In this document: positions 19,355 to 24,871 of the stretch, one piece after another
Numbering within the stretch: position 1 is the stretch's first letter
Layout: every line of letters begins with the position of its first letter
Assembly (NCBI RefSeq): GCF_000039765.1
Contig: NC_004460.2
Span: 1,230,001-1,262,000 of the forward strand
Source of the DNA: Vibrio vulnificus CMCP6
GTDB lineage: Bacteria; Pseudomonadota; Gammaproteobacteria; Enterobacterales; Vibrionaceae
DNA: 32,000 nucleotides
Direction: 5' to 3'
Notes under the pieces: model-generated
What the model was told of the DNA's origin: nothing
What the model saw: the letters and a program-made list of their open reading frames with translations, nothing else
Database searches by the model: none
Program-made: the position numbers and the translations under genes

Positions 19355-19816
19355 ATGAATACTTTAGGCTTAAGAGCTTCTCCTAGTACTGTATACTTTT
19401 GCGTCTATGATTCTACAGATGACTCAATTATAAACCTCGAACAAATAGCTATCCCCAATGTTTTTGAAACTCCAGAAAAACTCAAATACCTGAGAATCAC
19501 AATTCTAGATATCATCCGTGAATACGAGGTACAAAAAGCTGGGATTCGTTTAAGCGAACCTCACCCTAAGGCGAAACCCAACGTGACCCGTATTCAATTT
19601 GAAGGAATTATTCAAGAGGCTTTCGCCAGTAGTAGCCTGCAATCGTACTTTCGAGGAACAATAGTCACTATTGCTAGCCACCTAGAACGCCATTCGCGAG
19701 AAATTAAGCCATTGATTGAAGGAACACAAACTATTGAACATTTGGACGATTGGTCTGACTACTCCAAGGAAGAGCGAGAGTCGATCTTAGCAGCAATGGG
19801 GGCAAAAAATGCTTGA
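19355..19816 (+). CDS. Hypothetical protein with an RNase-H-fold-like pattern (YqgF/RuvC/DUF3010-like); gene A of the kinase operon
   Basis: From the ATG at 19355 the protein reads MNTLGLRASPSTVYFCVYD...SIINLEQIAIP...EKLKYLRITILDIIREYEVQKAGIRLSE...RIQFEGIIQEA. This reproduces the beta1-3/alpha1/beta4/alpha pattern of YqgF- and DUF3010-type proteins (compare LIKEYEVEKIVVGLP). The position of the first catalytic Asp is Arg (LGLRA). The stop overlaps the kinase start (ATGCTTGA). The GTG at 19265 used by the track adds a low-complexity extension that I discount. The fold call is inference only. Confidence 0.55.
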   Translation: MNTLGLRASPSTVYFCVYDSTDDSIINLEQIAIPNVFETPEKLKYLRITILDIIREYEVQKAGIRLSEPHPKAKPNVTRIQFEGIIQEAFASSSLQSYFRGTIVTIASHLERHSREIKPLIEGTQTIEHLDDWSDYSKEERESILAAMGAKNA

Positions 19817-20855
19817 TTACACTGTAGCAGAGGTAAGATTTGATGAACTCGGGCGAATTGGGGATGAAGGGCGAAACTCCGTTGTCCTGAAAGTTCGAGA
19901 TGTTTGCTTAGACGCCATCATGGCAGTTAAGAAAATAAAAAAAGGCAGTAGAGCATTACCTAATCCAGCCGAGTACTTCAATGAAGCTAGGATTTTATAC
20001 GCAAATCCACACCCTTATGTTGTTCAAGTGAACTATGCTTGTGAGGACAGCAGTCATGTTTATATTGCTATGCCTTTATATAAGAATGGTTCATTGAGCA
20101 AGTATATGAGCGAGCGTTATCTCACTCTCGGTGAAATCGTCCGTTTTTCATGTCAATTTTTATCTGGCTTACACAATATCCATTCAAACCAACTGATTCA
20201 TTTCGATATCAAACCTGACAACATCCTATTATCAGACCGGAATGAAGCTATGTTGTCCGATTTTGGCTTAGCTAAGTTTTCTGATGAGGATGGCTTTGCT
20301 ACTCCAAACCAGTTATACGGCACACACATGCCTCCAGAAGCATTTGAAGGTGGGGAATATACAAACCTACTAGATATTTACCAAGCTGGTTTAACAATGT
20401 ATCGCATGTGTGTTGGTAGTGATGAATTTAAACGTCAAGTAGATACTTTCCGCGAGCCTGACGGCACGCTAGGTCATACTTTTATTCAAGCTGTTCAAGC
20501 AGGTGATTTCCCTGCAAGAAATGCTTTTCCTGCACACATACATAGTAAAGTTAAAAACGTAATTACTAAGTGTATGTCTCCAGACCCCGATGACCGATAT
20601 ATGTCAGCCATTGAAGTCGTAAATGATCTATCTTTTGTTGATGAAAGCTATTTCCCTTGGCAGTATAGTATTGACGACGGTGTGCGAAAGTGGGAAAAAA
20701 ACACTAGTTCGAATGGAAAAAAGTGTATAGAGTGGCACCCTGACTCTAGCTCAGTCGCCTACACTATAAGTGTAGGGCAAGTAAGAAAAGCTAACTCAAA
20801 GTACACTAAAGACCGCTTAACTATTACGGAGTTGAGAAGATTTCTGAAGGAGTAA
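19809..20855 (+). CDS. Soluble Hanks-type (eukaryotic-like) Ser/Thr protein kinase, non-RD type; gene B of the kinase operon
   Basis: All catalytic subdomains are recognisable: a degenerate G-loop IGDEGRNSVV, K41 in AIMAVKK, E59 in FNEARIL, the catalytic loop HFDIKPDN (D133, K135, N138), DFG (D151), a PPE (APE-like) motif, DIYQAG and DPDDRYMS. There is no signal peptide, TM segment or PASTA domain. A C-terminal extension of about 80 aa has no family I recognise. Confidence 0.9.
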   Translation: MLDYTVAEVRFDELGRIGDEGRNSVVLKVRDVCLDAIMAVKKIKKGSRALPNPAEYFNEARILYANPHPYVVQVNYACEDSSHVYIAMPLYKNGSLSKYMSERYLTLGEIVRFSCQFLSGLHNIHSNQLIHFDIKPDNILLSDRNEAMLSDFGLAKFSDEDGFATPNQLYGTHMPPEAFEGGEYTNLLDIYQAGLTMYRMCVGSDEFKRQVDTFREPDGTLGHTFIQAVQAGDFPARNAFPAHIHSKVKNVITKCMSPDPDDRYMSAIEVVNDLSFVDESYFPWQYSIDDGVRKWEKNTSSNGKKCIEWHPDSSSVAYTISVGQVRKANSKYTKDRLTITELRRFLKE

Positions 20856-20858
20856 CTT

Positions 20859-21026
20859 ATGGATAAACCTACTCAATCTAGAAACAAAAACTTTAAAAAC
20901 AGAGCATCCCTTACTAGTAGTAAAACAAATCTGTCCTACAAAGAAAGAGTTGCTAAACGTGCGAAAAGTAAAGGAATTACAGCCGATCACTTATCAAAGA
21001 GTGACTATTTCGTAACACTTAGCTAA
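20859..21026 (+). CDS. 55-aa basic, Ser/Thr-rich peptide; putative gene C of the kinase operon (not in the ORF track because it is under 60 aa)
   Basis: The ATG at 20859 lies 6 nt after a strong SD (GAAGGAG) that overlaps the end of the kinase gene. The product is MDKPTQSRNKNFKNRASLTSSKTNLSYKERVAKRAKSKGITADHLSKSDYFVTLS, with 13 Lys/Arg against 4 Asp/Glu and 14 Ser/Thr. The stop lies 8 nt before a rho-independent terminator. Confidence 0.5.
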   Translation: MDKPTQSRNKNFKNRASLTSSKTNLSYKERVAKRAKSKGITADHLSKSDYFVTLS

Positions 21027-21033
21027 GTCTTGG

Positions 21034-21054
21034 AAGCCCCTTATTGGGGCTTTT
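21034..21054 (+). terminator. Rho-independent terminator closing the kinase operon
   Basis: AAGCCCC ttatt GGGGCTT followed by TTTT. Confidence 0.7.
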
Positions 21055-21305
21055 GCGACTTAATGGATACAGCAGATCCAGTAATCTTAAATAAATGTGT
21101 AGATGTTCTACTCTCCAACTTTGCTTGTACTTCCAACGAAACTAAGCCCCCGAAACTTGTAATGTACTGGCTTGTAGGAAGCTTTAAACAATTATGGCTC
21201 ATTTTGAAGTCATCCCAACCGGTGATTGTTCTCCAGTTTTAAGTACGTAGTTCTGCTGTCTCTTCCTTGGTTGATCAGCAACTGTAGTGGTCAACTAAAA
21301 TTGGC

Positions 21306-21381
21306 TATATAGGGTTTTTCCATACTTTTGGTCACGCGTGCAGAGTCACGACTGACGCCATTGGTAACACGAATTTGCCCC
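21306..21381 (+). repeat. Direct repeat copy 2 (76-bp core), on the right flank of the kinase module and abutting the integrase remnant
   Basis: It matches copy 1 (19043-19118) at 71 of 76 positions. The integrase fragment starts 14 bp downstream. Confidence 0.85.
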
Positions 21382-21394
21382 TAAGTTTGTTAGG

Positions 21395-21660
21395 CGGGGG
21401 AAAGCTAAAGCTCGCATCGATCAGTTGACGAAGTTGGAACTAGGTGAGCCTGCGCATGACTGGCGTTTCCATGATCTTCGAAGAACCCTAGCCGCAGGTT
21501 TGGTTTTTTAGGTGTTCGTACTGAGGTGATCAAGCGAGTTCTTGGTCGTGAGGCTTCTGCAAATGATGTTACCTCAACTCACTACCTCTGGCACAATTAC
21601 GACAACGAAGCGCTAGAGGTAGTAGAGTTGTGGAATGGCTACTTAGGCAGGTTGTTTTGA
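21395..21660 (+). pseudogene. Tyrosine recombinase (phage-type integrase) C-terminal remnant, 5'-truncated and frameshifted
   Basis: Frame 1 reads AGKAKARIDQLTKLELGEPAHDWRFHDLRRTLAAGLVF and then a stop. After a shift of frame in the T-run near 21505 it continues LGVRTEVIKRVLGREASANDVTSTHYLWHNYDNEALEVVELWNGYLGRLF and then a stop. This is the box II region of tyrosine integrases (HDLRRT ... catalytic Tyr in THY). Roughly 300 N-terminal codons are absent. Confidence 0.75.
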
Positions 21661-22737
21661 GTTATTGGCTGGTATCACTTCAGGGTTCAGTAACTTGCCC
21701 GAAGTTTTATCGACTTGCTGCCAGTCCCCGATTTGTACATCGAACCCTGCATTGGCGACCTCTTGTGCAATGGCTTTTAAGTATTCTTTATCTGTTTTAA
21801 AGTCAGCCAACTTGAAGATCTCTCGACCAAGTTGGCTGGTGAGAAGAACATTAAATCCAATTTTTTTCTTGGGATCTGCATGTCTAGCAACTAAACCACT
21901 GTTTTTGCTTGTGAAAGCTCTTACGAATCTAGATGAATCTAATGAAGTGTACTCAGTAGTAAGACCCATAGAGTCTACGCCGGAGATGATTCCTATTTCT
22001 TGAAGGTAAAGTAGCTTGGTGAAGTTTAACCCCTTTTCAGCCATCATTTTTTCAACGGTATCGGATTCATTTCCAAGTCCTCTAGGATCAATAACACCTT
22101 GGAAAACTCTACCATCAATTATGAACTCACCGAGTTTACTAATCAGCTCCGCTTCATTCTTTGACAGGCTTTTGAGTAAGTCGAGTGTGCGTAGAGAGTA
22201 AGTTCCCGGAGTGGTAACCTCCCCCGCGAGAACCTTCGCCCACAATGTTTGTAAATAATCATTACTGACTTTTTCTGCGTTGTCTCGCCAGCGAGTGAAC
22301 CAGTCAGGATCTACTGGGTCATCATTAGCTTCATATTTACCTGATTCAAGTTCTTGCTCGGCTAGCAACACTGTCTTGGTGAGATTCACTTCTTCCTGCA
22401 TCGCCTGAATCTGTTTGCGAGTCTTGCCTTGTCTATCCAGATTTTCCAAATTCAGGTATGGCTCAACTCTGTTGCCTTTCTGAATTTCAACTAACTGTTC
22501 TGCATTTGCTTCGGAATCAACGGCAATAAGTCTACGATCTTCAGTATATTGCAATTTGCCTGCTTTGATATCGGCTATCTGTTGCTCAGTCTGTGCGATC
22601 ATAAGCATCTCATCGCGTTTGGCGTCGACCTCGGCCTTGCCTACTCTCTTGATTTGGTTAGGGGCAAAGATACCTCCAATTCCATCGGATACTAAATCAC
22701 CCAACTTCATCAATGCTTTTTCACCGGGCCAACCCAT
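21643..22737 (-). CDS. DUF2806 family protein, unknown function; often phage- or island-borne
   Basis: The N-terminal charged helix is GGIFAPNQIKRVGKAEVDAKRDEMLMIAQ. The central motif DPDWFTRWRDNAEKVSNDYLQTLWAKVLAGEVTTPGTYSLRTLDLLKSLSKNEAELISKLG matches DUF2806 as I recall it. Its 3' end overlaps the integrase remnant. Confidence 0.7.
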   Translation of the reverse strand: MGWPGEKALMKLGDLVSDGIGGIFAPNQIKRVGKAEVDAKRDEMLMIAQTEQQIADIKAGKLQYTEDRRLIAVDSEANAEQLVEIQKGNRVEPYLNLENLDRQGKTRKQIQAMQEEVNLTKTVLLAEQELESGKYEANDDPVDPDWFTRWRDNAEKVSNDYLQTLWAKVLAGEVTTPGTYSLRTLDLLKSLSKNEAELISKLGEFIIDGRVFQGVIDPRGLGNESDTVEKMMAEKGLNFTKLLYLQEIGIISGVDSMGLTTEYTSLDSSRFVRAFTSKNSGLVARHADPKKKIGFNVLLTSQLGREIFKLADFKTDKEYLKAIAQEVANAGFDVQIGDWQQVDKTSGKLLNPEVIPANNSKQPA

Positions 22738-22933
22738 GCATGTCCCTCAATACAATATAATACCTTGATTAGTAATTACTTTAACATGGTTTCTTGAAAA
22801 GTGAACAAGATTTGATTGTAAGCATTACCCCTGTAGTGGATGAGTGATTTTGGTCACTCAATTAGTTTTTTTGCAACACCCCAAATAATCCGTTAAATGC
22901 TAATTTAGCAAAGTCACTGGCACGTTTATGTCC

Positions 22934-22965
22934 AAAAACGAGTTAGATCATCTATCTCTAACTCG
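22934..22965 (-). terminator. Rho-independent terminator at the end of the chemosensory/partner-switch operon; first clearly core element after the island
   Basis: The minus strand reads CGAGTTAGA-gatagatga-TCTAACTCG (a 9-bp stem) followed by TTTTT. It lies 12 nt downstream of the DUF342 stop codon. Confidence 0.7.
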
Positions 22966-22976
22966 CTCGCACATCG

Positions 22977-24650
22977 CTACACTGCGACGTCCTCTTCTTC
23001 TAAGGTTGAGGAGACTTTGATTTCGTATTGGTTGAAGCTAAAGATGCTGCCGCCGTGGGTGCGCTTGGTGATCACTTGTTCATCGCCAAATTGGACGGTC
23101 ACACGGGTGAAGACTTTTTCCGTCGCTTCTACGGTGTTGAGTTCCAGTAAAGCGTTGAACTCGGCATCGAGGGTTTCTAACTGGCCTTTAACGGCTTCCA
23201 GTTTGGCGTTGTTTTCTGCCTTCATTTGCGCGATGGCTTCTTCCATGCCCTCTTCGCGCTGCGATTTCGGCGTTTTCTTAAATTCGAGTTCACGACGGAT
23301 GACATCCATCGTCTCTTCTTGGGCAAGCTTGTATTGCTCTTTCAGGGAGGCGATTTTGTCTTTGTAGGCACTAAAACGGGCGAAGGCTTCCACTTTGGTG
23401 GCGGTATCCCCTTCCACACCCAGTTGAACACAACGCACTTTGCCACCCACCTTGGCCACGCCACCGCTTAAGGTACCGTTACGCTCATTGGCGTCGATCA
23501 CCAGCAAATCGTGTCCACAGCGAATCTCGTTGTTAAAAGAGTGCACCGCAAGTTCAATGTTGCCACCGGCTTGTAGCTCGCTGTATTGGGCGTAGTTAGC
23601 AACAATTTTGCCTTTAGTTTTGACCGAGCAACTGCGTGGCTCACCGTCGCTAACGGTGTGGCCAATGATGCCTTTGCCCACTTCAATGTCGCCTTGGGCT
23701 TGAACATCGGCCGATTCGATAAACCCGCCCACGGTAATAGAGCCTGTCGCACGTACCATCATGCCAGCTTCAATATCACCAGAGATCACCACATTGCCTT
23801 TGAACTTCACGTGCCCCGTGCCCACACCAACGTTGTTCAAACAGAGTGCACTGTCCACTTCGATGGTTTTTTCTTTGATGAGCGGCATGCCCGATTGGCT
23901 AGCAATAAGAAGATTCGGATCGTAGGAAGCGATTTCCGTGCCTTTGCCGGGTTTGAGCAGGGCATCTTTGCCTGCTTGAGGAGGAATGATTTTGCCTTGA
24001 ACGGTAAAGCCTGGAGTGCCTTTGGTTGCAGGTTCACGGCGCATCACTTCATCACCTTTATCAACGGTGATGGTGGCCCCGAGGTTACGCATATCGATTT
24101 TGGCGTTCGCGGATTTGCCTTTTTCCGGCTTCAACACACGTTTGGTAATGTCTTCCACCAGAGGCACAAACTGAGCATCTTTACCTTTGATTGGCTGTTT
24201 GCCCTGCGCTACCGGTTGGACAAACTCTTCGCCGGCTTTGAGTTGGTTACTCACCACCAACACTTTTTTCAGCGCCAACTTGTTGATGCCTTTGGTGACG
24301 CGAGCTTGAGCCAAGGCATGCACAATTTCACTGCCGCGCAATCCACGGCCACCATACGCGCCAGTGACTTTCATGCTGGCCAGCATGTCGTTGTCGGTGA
24401 GATCCACTTCAATTTGTGCATTAAGACGCTTGGCGATGACGATGCCATCATACGCTTCGGCCTTACGCTCTCGCGCACAGTTGAGAAAGCGAACGACTTC
24501 TGCATCATCAAGATAAAGCTCTGCGCCTTCCATCTCAGCGATGACGGCATCCAATTCTTTTCTGACGAGCTCACTCCCCAAATCAGCCTCAGGCAATTTG
24601 GCGGTAATTTCAGTCTTCTTTTCGTTCCATGAAAGGCAGAGTTTCCACAT
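22977..24650 (-). CDS. DUF342 (FapA-like) family protein
   Basis: A long beta-helix-like Gly-rich repeat region (GNVVISGDIEAGMMVRATGSITVGGFIESADVQAQGDIEVGKGIIG...) is followed by a C-terminal coiled coil. This is the typical DUF342/FapA architecture. Confidence 0.8.
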   Translation of the reverse strand: MWKLCLSWNEKKTEITAKLPEADLGSELVRKELDAVIAEMEGAELYLDDAEVVRFLNCARERKAEAYDGIVIAKRLNAQIEVDLTDNDMLASMKVTGAYGGRGLRGSEIVHALAQARVTKGINKLALKKVLVVSNQLKAGEEFVQPVAQGKQPIKGKDAQFVPLVEDITKRVLKPEKGKSANAKIDMRNLGATITVDKGDEVMRREPATKGTPGFTVQGKIIPPQAGKDALLKPGKGTEIASYDPNLLIASQSGMPLIKEKTIEVDSALCLNNVGVGTGHVKFKGNVVISGDIEAGMMVRATGSITVGGFIESADVQAQGDIEVGKGIIGHTVSDGEPRSCSVKTKGKIVANYAQYSELQAGGNIELAVHSFNNEIRCGHDLLVIDANERNGTLSGGVAKVGGKVRCVQLGVEGDTATKVEAFARFSAYKDKIASLKEQYKLAQEETMDVIRRELEFKKTPKSQREEGMEEAIAQMKAENNAKLEAVKGQLETLDAEFNALLELNTVEATEKVFTRVTVQFGDEQVITKRTHGGSIFSFNQYEIKVSSTLEEEDVAV

Positions 24651-24871
24651 ATAGACGGTCGCTTACTACAACTAAAATAAAAATTCTTGAACCAGTCTAA
24701 CTAATTAACGATCCGGTGAAAATCGGCAAAAGAGAATAATCGGGCTCACATCACTAAAGCAAAAAACACCCTTATTCACGCCAATTTTGTGACGAGTTGA
24801 CGCATTTCCGACATCTCTTTTTACACTGTAAATCGGATGCCTTGCCGTCAACGCATCACCGTGATCTCGGT

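Noticed and set aside
21030-21242. A 70-aa plus-strand ORF after the kinase operon, and a 53-aa minus-strand ORF (21041-21202) convergent on the same terminator.
   Set aside because: The plus ORF starts with a non-ATG codon inside the terminator hairpin and has no SD. The minus ORF also has no SD or recognisable motif. Two overlapping ORFs on both strands suggests chance. I keep this only as something to test with ribosome profiling.
19043-21381. Whether the direct repeats are integron attC (VCR) sites and the kinase operon is an integron cassette.
   Set aside because: The repeats show none of the VCR consensus I remember. They have no R''/R' GTTRRRY core pair at their ends and no extended imperfect dyad spanning the whole repeat. 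A three-gene operon with its own terminator is also atypical for a cassette.
23586-24632. A 348-aa ORF on the plus strand, antisense to the DUF342 gene. Similar long antisense or off-frame ORFs occur at 31006-31695, 3890-4438, 7038-7676, 6418-7104, 6604-7062 and 12123-12560.
   Set aside because: Each lies entirely inside a well-supported gene with recognisable domains. The translated products are low-complexity (His/Arg/Ala/Ser-rich) with no motifs. They are typical shadow ORFs of GC-richer coding DNA.
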